Shown here one piece after another: positions 13,712-25,374 of a stretch of 32,000 bases of DNA. Position numbers and translations under genes: made by a program. Below the pieces are notes generated by a model. The model saw only the letters and a list, made by a program, of their open reading frames with translations. It searched no databases and was not told the origin of the DNA. Numbering within the stretch: position 1 is the first letter of the stretch; each line of letters opens with the position of its first letter. This stretch comes from Halomicronema hongdechloris C2206 (GTDB lineage: Bacteria; Cyanobacteriota; Cyanobacteriia; Phormidesmidales; Phormidesmidaceae): the NCBI RefSeq assembly GCF_002075285.3, contig NZ_CP021983.2:3540001-3572000 (forward strand). Reading direction: 5' to 3'.

Positions 13712-13811
13712 ATAACCTCCCCATCATGCCAAAGAATCGGAATCCCAGGCACCCCGTCTATACCGGAAGCGATAGGGGCGTCAGGGCCAGAGTGGGCTCC
13801 CTCAGCCGAGG

Positions 13812-14672
13812 CTAAGCAGACTGCCGCTGCCCTATGTTAACAACGCAGACATTGGTATATAGTCGGGCGATTAGCTGACACCCCACCTTAGTCGTCCCCA
13901 AGTAGGTTAAATAGGGCTGTAGATGGGGATAGGCCACCTGCCAGAAAAACTGTGGATAGCTGCGGCGTAAATCCTCAACGCTACGATAGCCCCAGTGCTG
14001 ATGCCACCCCACTGCCTGTAATTCCTCAAATAAATCTGGCAGGCGTTGCAAATAGCGGGCATCTCCCAACTGCCCTAGGAGGTCAGCCGCACGACACAGA
14101 CTACCGTATCCAGTCGTATCCTGATAGGCCGGGAGCTCTGGTACCGGGAAGCGAGTCATCTCGATGCAGGCGACCATGGCGTCAGCATCAAACAGGGGAC
14201 GATGGGCCAGGCGTTGGCGAACAAATTGCTGCCCCCGCTCGATGTGATAAGGCGCCAGGAGGGCATCACTACTGCCAGCGGGTAACTGCACCAGCTCATC
14301 GCCCCAGCCAGTGCTGTAGTGATGCTGGCAAGGACAGTCCTGTTGACACACCCCTCGGCAATAGCCCAGATCATGACAGAGGAGCGCCCCCATGACCGTG
14401 AGCCAGTCCTTGGGAGTCACGCTGCCTTCCCGGATTTGCTTCCCGTCTAAGAGCATCTGACCAGCCCAGAGCACTTGCAGCGTGTGGTCTACCGTGTGAT
14501 AGGGGGCATTGCCCTCAGCCAGAATCGGCAGCACTGCCGTAGTCAGGTTGGTAAAGGCTTGCCATACCTCCATGGGAGGGGCCACGAATAGACTGCGATA
14601 GGCCGTGGCGAGTCGATTTAGCAGAGTATTAATGCCTAGAAAGGGAGTGTTGTTGGCCATGTGCTTGCTCAC
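13812..14672 (-). CDS. HD-domain metal-dependent phosphohydrolase-like protein (286 aa)
   Basis: YHTVDHTLQV and LLCHDLGY form an H...HD pattern. It is a single clean ORF. Confidence 0.6.
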   Translation of the reverse strand: MSKHMANNTPFLGINTLLNRLATAYRSLFVAPPMEVWQAFTNLTTAVLPILAEGNAPYHTVDHTLQVLWAGQMLLDGKQIREGSVTPKDWLTVMGALLCHDLGYCRGVCQQDCPCQHHYSTGWGDELVQLPAGSSDALLAPYHIERGQQFVRQRLAHRPLFDADAMVACIEMTRFPVPELPAYQDTTGYGSLCRAADLLGQLGDARYLQRLPDLFEELQAVGWHQHWGYRSVEDLRRSYPQFFWQVAYPHLQPYLTYLGTTKVGCQLIARLYTNVCVVNIGQRQSA

Positions 14673-15436
14673 TCGTTACGTCAACGTTTCTAACTGCCGA
14701 GGACGACTCTCAATCAGGAAGGCCTCATCTTTGGCCTTGAATCTATGGACCCATGACTCATGATCATGAAAGTTCTGTAATCTGTTGTTGCTCTTGGCAT
14801 AGTATTTTGCGGCAGATCAACAGATAAGCAACCATAAAACCCCATCATTTTTGGCCAATTTCAACTGCGTCTCTCCCGAGAGACGATGATCATTGTTCCC
14901 TAGTGATCCCGATCAGATCTCCGTAATCTTACTGGCGATATCTTAGGACAGACACCAATAGTCTCAGTATCACAAGACGTTGAATATAGGCTGGCTTCAA
15001 CCTGCAGTGACGAGGACAGTAATCGCGAGTAGCATTGCCGACAAGGCTCTAGACGGGCGGGTCAGCCAATTGATCGTTGTATCCCAATGCCTTAGATTCC
15101 AGCGACGCTTGAGTAGGTCATACTGCCTGGTGATGGCTCTTAGAGGATGTTTGGAAAGTACCCTGCAACCTTTCTCCAGACTAGTGTCTGGCCAGCAGGG
15201 CCATACACTCTAAAATGCCTACCTTACAGGCCTTTCAGCCGAGTTTTCAAATGTCCTCTTATACCCCCCTGTTGACTTAGAGAAATGTCCTGACGTCGAA
15301 ATTATTCATCTCAAGTAGGATCTGACTACTTTATTTTTCTATTGGTTTATCCATCAGGAAATTGTGCAGCCGATTGATGATGAGCAGCCGTGTAAATTGA
15401 TCCATCTTTTGGGTCAAATCACTCCAAAATAATGTG

Positions 15437-15925
15437 ATGGATACTTTCAATAATGCCCCTGAATTAACGGCCGAAACAGCCCTTGATTATGTTGATTGGT
15501 GCTACTTTGACCATACAGGTCACCACCTTACTGATTTAGAACGCCAGGTATTTTTAGGCTCGTGGCAAGGACAGACCTATGAGGAAATCTATCCGTCTAA
15601 TCCTGAGTACTTAGAAAAAAACGTGGCCTATAAGCTCTGGCGAAAGCTATCGCAGGTCTTAGGAGAACGGGTCCATAAGAAGCACCTGCGTGGGGCGGTG
15701 ATGCGATCGCACCAACGCCAAGGGAGCTGGCAGATCGCCATTTACCATCGCCAGAGTCCCTCAGACCGACGCTTAGCAGAAGAACTGGAACGGTTGCTGC
15801 AGGTCTTTGGCCACCGGGTTACCCGGTATTCTGTAGATGGCATCGCCTCAGACAAACGGCGGCACCACCTTGGGGACTGTGGGGTACACCTGACCACAGT
15901 CTCACCCCGGCTGCCATCCCCCTAA
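15437..15925 (+). CDS. HTH-domain protein with a truncated TIR-like start, probably an N-terminal remnant of a larger STAND/TIR-type gene (162 aa; GTG at 15434 also possible)
   Basis: LTDLERQVFLGSWQGQTYEEIYPSNPEYLEKNVAYKLWRKLSQVLGERVHKKHLRGAV is the LuxR/sigma-4-like N-terminal module seen on many cyanobacterial NTPase/TIR/WD40 proteins. The following IAIYHRQSPSDRRLAEELERLLQVFGHRV looks like the first strand and helix of a TIR domain, after which the ORF ends. Confidence 0.5.
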   Translation: MDTFNNAPELTAETALDYVDWCYFDHTGHHLTDLERQVFLGSWQGQTYEEIYPSNPEYLEKNVAYKLWRKLSQVLGERVHKKHLRGAVMRSHQRQGSWQIAIYHRQSPSDRRLAEELERLLQVFGHRVTRYSVDGIASDKRRHHLGDCGVHLTTVSPRLPSP

Positions 15926-16180
15926 GGGAGCCAGGGATTCCCTCGAATCAGGGGAGTCGCCGAAAAAACACTACATTTAGTGATCACAAATCTGCCAAAC
16001 CCACAGATATTGAGTATAGTGGGAGCGTATTTTCCGGAAAGTTGCCGCTTGCAGCTGTTGTTCCCTGCAGATATCAAATAGTGGCCGATGCTTTGGTTTC
16101 CTGGCAGAGACTGGAGCGGCTGCTCTGTTGCTGTTCCCTGCTACGCCTTGCATGACCGCAACTACGCCTGGTTGACATCC

Positions 16181-16351
16181 ATGCTTTCCATCGAAATCGT
16201 CATCGTATGTATCATCGTCCTCTATATCTGGACCAAGGAAGTCTTTAAGCCACCCAAGCAGAAAAGCGTTGAAGAACAGTTGGCCGAGGCTCTGAAAAAG
16301 TACTTAGAGAAGGGGGTGAAGATCCGCAGTGGTGATGACAAGTCATCATAG
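16181..16351 (+). CDS. Small single-pass membrane protein (56 aa), hypothetical
   Basis: MLSIEIVIVCIIVLYIWTKEVF is followed by a charged tail. Internal ATG taken as the start, since the longer 16088 start adds an N-terminal extension I see no support for. There is no homology evidence. Confidence 0.3.
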   Translation: MLSIEIVIVCIIVLYIWTKEVFKPPKQKSVEEQLAEALKKYLEKGVKIRSGDDKSS

Positions 16352-16467
16352 GGGGCGCTAGGGAATCTATTCGTTGAAGTGGCGGCGGGCTGCTCTGCCC
16401 TTCTCGTGCTCTACGGGCAGGCTGTATCAATGGCTCCATGGCACGTGTAGGGCACTCAGCGGCTCCG

Positions 16468-16880
16468 CAGGAGCAACGAAGTCGAGCCACTGCCCTGGAT
16501 CCCGTGGACGGGCTTGTTGGTCAGTAGTCATAGACCTCGGTAAGACCACACTTAATTGCACCAGTCAAAGCGCTCACCCGGGGGAATTTCGCTTCCCCCG
16601 GCCCCCTACGACCAGGGCAAACCGCTTGTGGTGTTCGCAAAGCGGCTCCGCTCGTAGTGAGCGAAGTCGAACTGCAGGAGCAACGGAGTCGAACTACTGC
16701 CCTGGACCTGCGGAAGGGCTGGTCGGTGAGTAGTGATAGAGATCGCGTCGCATCGGTAAGTGGTGAGGAGCATGTTTTCGGCTTCTGCCTTCCCCTCTGT
16801 TTTCTGCCTTTCCCACGCTGCTGCCCTGGACCTGCGGAAGGGCATATCGGTGAGCCGTGATAGATCGCGTCGCATCGGCA
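16468..16880. repeat. Three copies of a ~60-78-nt dispersed repeat with an embedded hairpin
   Basis: The copies are at about 16468-16545, 16684-16760 and 16821-16880 (the last is 5'-truncated). They share GCAGGAGCAACGrAGTCGA..ACTGCCCTGGA..GGGC..GGTGAGTAGTGATAGA..CGCATCGG. Additional GC hairpins lie at 16578-16601 and 16902-16920. Confidence 0.7.
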
Positions 16881-17013
16881 GGGTAGCCGGTTTTCTGCAT
16901 TGGGCGCGGCAACCGCGCCCTACCCTGTCCCCTTACCCTCTCTTACCCTCTATCCGCTATCGGCCTACTCGCCCGCTCATCCACCGTTTGACAGGGAACC
17001 AAACCATTCACTC

Positions 17014-17046
17014 ACTCAACACTCAACACTCAACACTCAACACTCC
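17014..17046. repeat. Heptamer tandem repeat (ACTCAAC) x4 plus a partial copy, STRR-like
   Basis: Read directly from the sequence: four complete copies at 17014-17041, then ACTCC. Confidence 0.9.
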
Positions 17047-17084
17047 AGGCAGGCTCCGCCTTTCTTGAATGCCGCTAGGCTATA

Positions 17085-17108
17085 CACCCCATCACCCCAT
17101 CACCCCAC
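17085..17108. repeat. Octamer tandem repeat (CACCCCAT) x3
   Basis: Read directly from the sequence. It is followed by two copies of CACCCTTTAC (about 17108-17136). Confidence 0.85.
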
Positions 17109-17200
17109 CACCCTTTACCCATCCACCCTTTACTCACTCTTCACTCTGCTGCTACGCACGGGCTAAGCCCTCCGGGCAGGCTACGCCAACGCCCTATACT

Positions 17201-17228
17201 CTTCACTCTTCACTCTTCACTCTTCACT
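17201..17228. repeat. Heptamer tandem repeat (CTTCACT) x4, STRR-like
   Basis: Read directly from the sequence. It overlaps the stop codon (17224-17226) of the minus-strand kinase-like gene. Confidence 0.9.
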
Positions 17229-18003
17229 CCACTCCATCCACTTCCTCGCAGTCCCAACGTTGATCCTGGCCATTCGCTAGATGAATCTGGAGCCGCGCTC
17301 CGCCGGGAGTATCTTGCCGGGGAGGGTCTAGGCAGACTCGGGCCTGCACCTGTTGCAACACTTGCAGGGCTAATCCCAGCCGCAGGCCAGGGGATAGGAT
17401 GGCAGGCCCTCGCTGTGGCCATTGTTGCCATAGCTCGCTAGGCTCTTGCCACTTGCTGTCAGGGCAATCGTGATCGAGTTGCAGGATTAGTGATGGAGCG
17501 GTGGGTGCTGAGACCAAGCGCAGGGCAATTTGACGGCTGTCGTTGGCCACACAAATCTCGATCAGCATCACCAGGGCTTGCCGTAACCAGATCGGGTCAC
17601 TGAGGCCATAGACCTCTGTTGGGGGCAGCTCCAGGCTGAAGCGACAGTTGCGATTAGCTACCTGCAACTGGGTTAGCTGTTGCACCTCACTGAATAGCTG
17701 CTGCAGACAGACGGGTTGGATCGCCGCTGCGATCGCACCGATCTGTAACTTAGAGATGGCAGTGAGTTGATCGAGCAAGGCCAACACTTCCTGGGTAGCG
17801 GTCTGGGCCTGCTGCAGAAACTCCCGCTCTTCCTCGGGGCTGTCGCAGAGGTCCTCCAGGATCATCTGGTGTAGGCTAATCACCCGATTGATGGGCGATC
17901 GCAACTCGTGGGAGGTGCGGGCCAGAAAGCCTCCCTGAAACTGAGCCTGTTCTAGGGCCCGGCCATAGGCCAGGCGGTAGCGCTGGATGTCTTGATCAAC
18001 CAT
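17224..18003 (-). CDS. Histidine-kinase-like protein with a HisKA domain and a degenerate ATPase domain, and no sensor domain (259 aa)
   Basis: It has the H-box FLARTSHELRSPIN. Downstream N/G1/G2 boxes are poorly conserved (LDHDCPD, SPGLRLGLA). I chose the start MVDQD at 18003, because the 18162 start would overlap the upstream gene. Confidence 0.6.
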   Translation of the reverse strand: MVDQDIQRYRLAYGRALEQAQFQGGFLARTSHELRSPINRVISLHQMILEDLCDSPEEEREFLQQAQTATQEVLALLDQLTAISKLQIGAIAAAIQPVCLQQLFSEVQQLTQLQVANRNCRFSLELPPTEVYGLSDPIWLRQALVMLIEICVANDSRQIALRLVSAPTAPSLILQLDHDCPDSKWQEPSELWQQWPQRGPAILSPGLRLGLALQVLQQVQARVCLDPPRQDTPGGARLQIHLANGQDQRWDCEEVDGVE

Positions 18004-18016
18004 GACCACAGAACGA

Positions 18017-18691
18017 TTAAGGACGAGACGTTTCGGCGGCGTCCTCTTGCCCAGCATCGGGAGGGAGAGACACGACCCCGGAGCGCAGGGTGACCCATTC
18101 CCCTTGGCTCCACTGCACCACTGTAGACGCCTGACCGGAAGCGGCCCCATCTCCGTCGCCATTGGCCGCCATGCCTAGGTCATTTGTCGCCAGGGACGAT
18201 TGGGCTTCAGTGGATAAGAGCAAGGCCTCGGGAAATTGGGCCGCAATGGCGGCCATGCGGGTGAGGGGCGCACTGCCTGAGGTGTTGGCACTGGTGGTGG
18301 CCAGGGGACCGGTGCGGGCCAACAGGTAGCGGGCCAGGGGATGGTCGGGGACGCGGATGCCCAAGGTGCCAGACCGGGTGGGATTCATGGCCGCCGGCAT
18401 GCGGTCGCTGGCGGGCAAGACCAGGGTCAAGGGACCGGGCCAGTAGCGATCGGCTACCCGCTGCCAGATCAGGCGCTCTGCTGCGGTACCCGTCACATAG
18501 GCAGCAGGGTATTGAAGGTGGCCCCCCCATCAGAATCAGAGGCTTATCCTGGGCCGCTGCTTGGCCGCGTAGATGCGATCGCAAGTTATCGGGCAGGGCG
18601 GCCAGAGCCCGCACTGTATCAGTGTGGGAAAACTAATCAGGGCGCCAGCCCGCAGGCCCTCGATCAAGGCTGAGAGTGTAACCTGTGGCAT
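18017..18691 (-). pseudogene. tsaC: L-threonylcarbamoyladenylate synthase (TsaC/Sua5, YrdC domain) with its 5' part split across reading frames
   Basis: Conserved blocks sit in alternating frames: MPQVTLSALIEGLRAGALISFPT (frame a), DTVRALAALPDN (frame b), DRIYAAKQRP (frame a), QDKPLILMGG (frame b), then VTGTAAERLIWQRVADRYWPGPLTLVLPAS...TTSANTSG (frame a). In-frame TGA codons follow ...RISL. Confidence 0.7.
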
Positions 18692-18785
18692 ATATCCTAA
18701 GCGGCCAATAACTGTCGCAGCACATAGGGCAAGATTCCCCGTGGCGGTAATACTCCACCTCATCTAGGGTATCAATGGCGGCAGA

Positions 18786-21398
<2,613 letters not shown>

Positions 21399-21752
21399 GA
21401 TGGCTCTTCTGTATTTGATCTGTATCTGAATCTATACACGACTGCAAGGGAGTGGCGGCTAGAAACGAAGGGCTCCCTCCCAAACAGCTAGGCTCACGAT
21501 GTTTCATCGTGACAAACTAGCGTCAGCTTTGGCAAGCATAGACCACGACTCTTGGGTGCTTGCTGCTACCTCTATTTTAGGCGGAACTGGATTGCCCTTA
21601 CCTTTAGCAGGGTCGCCCTTGGGAAAAAGCTATGTAGGCTACGGGTGGGCAGGCAATGGGGTAACGAAGTTATGGCGGCTCAGCCTTATTCAGTCTCAGA
21701 AAACGGTCAAAGAGCAGATCCCAGTTGCTTGCAGGAAGCGAGCATCTAAATG

Positions 21753-24059
21753 CTAGCGGGTTTCGACGGCTATTGGCTCTGGCTCGTCTCGCTGGGTGGG
21801 CTGATGAAAAATGGAGTACACGGTCCGTACGGTAAATAGCACCATGCCTATGGCACCAATGGTAAAGACGATGTCTCCAGGGATGCGTAGCCACACGGTC
21901 CACTGCATCCAAGGGGAACCGATTACCTCGGCACTACGGGCATACCAGGTGCCATGGTTGACCGATTGCATCAGCTGATAGAAGCCGTTGGGAATCAAGC
22001 CCAGCACCATCATCATTCCCAACCCCCCGTTGAGGCTCCAAAAACAGACCCGCAGTAGGGGTTCATTCCAGGCCGGTTCGGGGACAATTTCTCGCAGAGA
22101 AAATAGCATCAGGGCAATGGCCAGGGAGCCATAGACCCCAAATAGGGCACTGTGGGCGTGGATTGGGGTGGTATTGAGGCCCTGGGAGTAGTAAAGGACG
22201 ATCGGCGGGTTAATCAAAAATCCAAACACACCGGCCCCCACCAAGTTCCAGAAGCAGGTGGCCAGAAAAAAGCGCAGGGGCCAGCGGTAGAAATTCTCGG
22301 CCTGCTCTGACATGCGCAGGGTTTTTACCACTTCAAAGCCAATCAGGGTGAGGGGCACCACTTCCAGAGCTGAGGCTACGGCTCCAGTGGCGGCGATGAA
22401 GGAGGGGGTCCCGGCGAAGTACAGGTGGTGCAGGGTGCCAATGACGCCGCTACCTAGATACAGGATGGTGGTGAGATAGGTGGCCCGCAGGGCCGAGGAC
22501 TTTCTCAAAAAGCCCAGTTCACTGCACAGATAGGCAATAGCAACGGTGGCAAACACCTCAAAGAAGCCTTCTACCCACAGATGGACTACCCACCAGCGCC
22601 AATATTCTGCCACGCTTACCGGGGTGTGGTTGGTGTACATCAAGCCGGAGGCATAGAACAGGGGGATGGTAATGGCACTGTAGAGGAAAAAGTGGTTGAG
22701 GCCGGTTTTGCTGCCTTCGTGTTTTAGGGCTGGCCGTAGGGCACGGAACATTAGCCACAGCCAAAACACCATGCCGCCAATCAACAGCAGTTGCCAAAGG
22801 CGCCCCAGTTCCACGTACTCATAGCCTTGGTGACCGAAGAAAAAGCTAGTATTGCCGCTGAGAATGCCCTGGACACTGGCCCAAGAACCGGCAAGGGAGC
22901 CGACAACAACGACGGTGAGAGCGATGAGCAATGTGCTGTTGCCCCAGACTTGGCCCTTGGGTTCTTGCTTACCAAAGCGAGGGGCGAAGTACAGCCCAGC
23001 AGCTAGCCAGCAGGTGGCAATCCAGAATACTGCCAACTGCAGATGCCAAGTACGGGAGGCGGCGTAGGGAAGGTATTGCTGTAGGGGGATGCCATAGAAA
23101 CCGTCGCCCTCGACGGCATAGTGGGCGGTGACCATGCCCATGGCAATTTGTACGCCAAATAGGGCCATGGCCACACCGAAGAAGAGGCTGGTGGCCTTTT
23201 GGCTGGGGGTAGGCCAGCGGATGGCCGGGCGTTCTGGTACCGTTTGCACCTCGTCGGTGTCTTCCTGGGTCAGGTAGAGAAACAGGAAGGCTGCGATCGC
23301 AAATATCAGCACGATCACCGACACAATCGACCATACCAGAAATTGACCAGGAGCCTGGTTGCCAATCAGATCATCGTGGGGCCAGTTGGCGGTGTAGGAG
23401 AAGGGGGCATGGGGCCGATTCGCTGAGGCCGCCCAGGCGGTCCAGGCAAAGAAGGCTGTAACATCGTGAATATCCTGCTCACGCTCGAACCAGCCCTCGG
23501 GAATGGAGTGGGTCACCGAGCCGTGGGCCAGCAGATCCTGGTAGTCGGCAAACACCTGTTTCAACCCCTGGGTTTGGGCGTTGGTGAGCAGTAAGGTATC
23601 GGTATCGGCCTGGTAGCGGTTGGGCTTGAACTGGTCACTCACCTGAGCTTTCAGCACCGCCCGCTCCGGGGAGCTGAGGGCATCTAGATCGGCCTGGGAA
23701 AAGTCGGGGTCGTTGGCGTAGAGGACCCCAGCGGTGGCTAGGCCCCAGCGATGCAGCACATCTGCGGTCCAGTCTGGGGCTAGATAACTGCCATGGCCCC
23801 AAATACTGCCAATGTGCTGGCCGCCGCGACCCAGATAAGTGATCTGACCGTTTTCGATATCATCGGCAGTGAAGATCACCTCTGCCTGGGGGGATTGCAC
23901 CGTGGCCGGTTGAGGCGGCGCGAACTTGGCAATAGCTACCCCCGCCCCCAACAACACACTGAAGGTAACCACACAGATCAGCACCAGCCACACCGGCAAG
24001 CTGAACTGTCTAAATTGGGAGCGGGCGGCAGCCACGTCCCCAATGGATGGATTCGCCAT
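21753..24059 (-). CDS. norB: Quinol-dependent nitric oxide reductase (qNOR), NorB/NorZ type (768 aa)
   Basis: The length is ~760 aa, with an N-terminal TM helix plus a periplasmic domain fused to a heme-copper-oxidase-like core. Motifs include WGHGSYLAPDW, WWVVHLWVEGFFE, HHLYFAG and HAHSALFGVYG. Confidence 0.85.
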   Translation of the reverse strand: MANPSIGDVAAARSQFRQFSLPVWLVLICVVTFSVLLGAGVAIAKFAPPQPATVQSPQAEVIFTADDIENGQITYLGRGGQHIGSIWGHGSYLAPDWTADVLHRWGLATAGVLYANDPDFSQADLDALSSPERAVLKAQVSDQFKPNRYQADTDTLLLTNAQTQGLKQVFADYQDLLAHGSVTHSIPEGWFEREQDIHDVTAFFAWTAWAASANRPHAPFSYTANWPHDDLIGNQAPGQFLVWSIVSVIVLIFAIAAFLFLYLTQEDTDEVQTVPERPAIRWPTPSQKATSLFFGVAMALFGVQIAMGMVTAHYAVEGDGFYGIPLQQYLPYAASRTWHLQLAVFWIATCWLAAGLYFAPRFGKQEPKGQVWGNSTLLIALTVVVVGSLAGSWASVQGILSGNTSFFFGHQGYEYVELGRLWQLLLIGGMVFWLWLMFRALRPALKHEGSKTGLNHFFLYSAITIPLFYASGLMYTNHTPVSVAEYWRWWVVHLWVEGFFEVFATVAIAYLCSELGFLRKSSALRATYLTTILYLGSGVIGTLHHLYFAGTPSFIAATGAVASALEVVPLTLIGFEVVKTLRMSEQAENFYRWPLRFFLATCFWNLVGAGVFGFLINPPIVLYYSQGLNTTPIHAHSALFGVYGSLAIALMLFSLREIVPEPAWNEPLLRVCFWSLNGGLGMMMVLGLIPNGFYQLMQSVNHGTWYARSAEVIGSPWMQWTVWLRIPGDIVFTIGAIGMVLFTVRTVYSIFHQPTQRDEPEPIAVETR

Positions 24060-24253
24060 AGGTCAGTTGCCTCAATTCGACGGCTGGTCTCCATTGTGTC
24101 AAGTTGGGCAACAGGATTCTATGAGATAGCTCATGGGCAAGACGATTAGGGGCAAGGACCTAGTTCGCTCAGTCAATAGCGGCGTTATTGCTGTTGCAGA
24201 GGCCTCGGTCGTGTCTGCTAGAGCTCGAGCCGCAGGACGACAGGCGATGCCAT

Positions 24254-25264
24254 CTATCCTGCAGGCATTTGCAATACAACCTTACCGATCACCTGGCCCG
24301 ACTCCACTAGGCGATGGGCCTCAGCCGCCTGGCTCAGGGGGAACGTTTGCCCCACGTGAATGTGCAATTTCCCGGCATCAAACCAGCGGGTGCATTCCTG
24401 CAAAATCCGCACCTGGTGCTGTTGGGCTTGGGTCAACCCCTGCAGGGCCGGGGTGAGCATGAGTTCATACCCTACGCGCAGGTTACGGGTGCGGGCCGTC
24501 TTCCAGTCGGTGTCTGGGGTCGGCGATAGCAGAGTGACGATGTCACCATAGGGTTTCACGGCGGCAAAGGTGCGTGATAAGACCGGTTCTCCCACGGTAT
24601 CGAAGGCCACATCGACCCCCTGGTCGCCGGTCCAGTTCATGACGCCGGCCACGAAGTCGATGCGGGGATAGTAGATGGCGTGATCGACCCCTAGGGCAGT
24701 GACGAAGTTGGCCTTGTCTTCGGTGCTAATGGTGGTACAGACATGGGCCTCCCGTAGTTTGGCCAGCTGAATCGCCACATGGCCAACGCCTCCGGCTCCG
24801 CCGTGAATCAAAACCCGTTGCCCCATGCCCAGGCGAGCCCGGTCATAGAGGGCTTCCCAGGCGGCGATCAGTACCAGGGGGGCCGCCGCTGCCTGCTCGA
24901 AGCTGAGGCATGTGGGTTTGGGGGCCACCCAGCGTTCATCAATGACGGTATATTCAGCATAGTTGCCGGGGGCCGCCCCTAGCCCCCCGTGGCAAAAGTA
25001 GACCTCATCGCCAACGCTGTAGTGACGCACACCGGGACCAATGGCTTCCACCATGCCGGCGCCATCACAGCCAAGGATCATGGGCAGGGCATTGGCATGG
25101 TAGGGCCCCCGTTGGCGAATTTTCGTGTGGACCGGGTTGACCCCGGCGGCCCGTAGCCGTACCAATAATTCTGTGTCTCGCTGCAGGGTGGGGGTGGGAA
25201 TTGTGTGCGATCGCAACACCTCCGGGCCTCCCGGCTGGTGCATTAGTATCGCTTCCATGGTCAA
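24254..25264 (-). CDS. Medium-chain (zinc-type) dehydrogenase / NADPH:quinone oxidoreductase family protein (336 aa)
   Basis: GVNPVHTKIRQG-type N-terminal domain, the Rossmann motif IHGGAGGVGHVAIQLAK and a C-terminal GKVVL. Confidence 0.8.
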   Translation of the reverse strand: MTMEAILMHQPGGPEVLRSHTIPTPTLQRDTELLVRLRAAGVNPVHTKIRQRGPYHANALPMILGCDGAGMVEAIGPGVRHYSVGDEVYFCHGGLGAAPGNYAEYTVIDERWVAPKPTCLSFEQAAAAPLVLIAAWEALYDRARLGMGQRVLIHGGAGGVGHVAIQLAKLREAHVCTTISTEDKANFVTALGVDHAIYYPRIDFVAGVMNWTGDQGVDVAFDTVGEPVLSRTFAAVKPYGDIVTLLSPTPDTDWKTARTRNLRVGYELMLTPALQGLTQAQQHQVRILQECTRWFDAGKLHIHVGQTFPLSQAAEAHRLVESGQVIGKVVLQMPAG

Positions 25265-25374
25265 CCAACTCCCTTCACATCTGTTGACTACTTTAGGGGA
25301 AAGCCTTCAGGGCTGGGATGTGAATTTTCTTCCCCGGCCTCTCCTCAGTTGGAGAGACCCGCACTAGGCTGGAC

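Noticed and set aside
11195-13840. Many overlapping ORFs (for example 11308-11760 -, 12319-12549 +, 12747-13130 +, 13149-13571 -, 13558-13752 -) and the 12518 start of the hydrolase ORF
   Set aside because: These are shadow frames of the hydrolase and ictB genes in G+C-rich DNA. The extended hydrolase N-terminus is Gly/Pro/Ser-rich and overlaps ictB.
14980-15213. 77-aa ORF in the long intergenic region 14673-15436
   Set aside because: It has no RBS and no recognisable motifs, and it sits alone in a region with no coding signal that I can see.
16450-17230. Possible CRISPR array
   Set aside because: The repeats are either 7-8-nt tandem units with no spacers, or 60-78-nt units at irregular spacing with variable sequence. 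There is no 25-40-nt repeat/spacer periodicity.
16245-17431. ORFs of 64-119 aa on both strands across the repeat field
   Set aside because: They are built from tandem or dispersed repeats and hairpins, give low-complexity translations, and overlap one another.
21499-21756. 85-aa and 65-aa ORFs between acnA and norB
   Set aside because: They are short, overlap each other, have no motifs and run into the norB stop. The region is more likely the acnA promoter and norB terminator.
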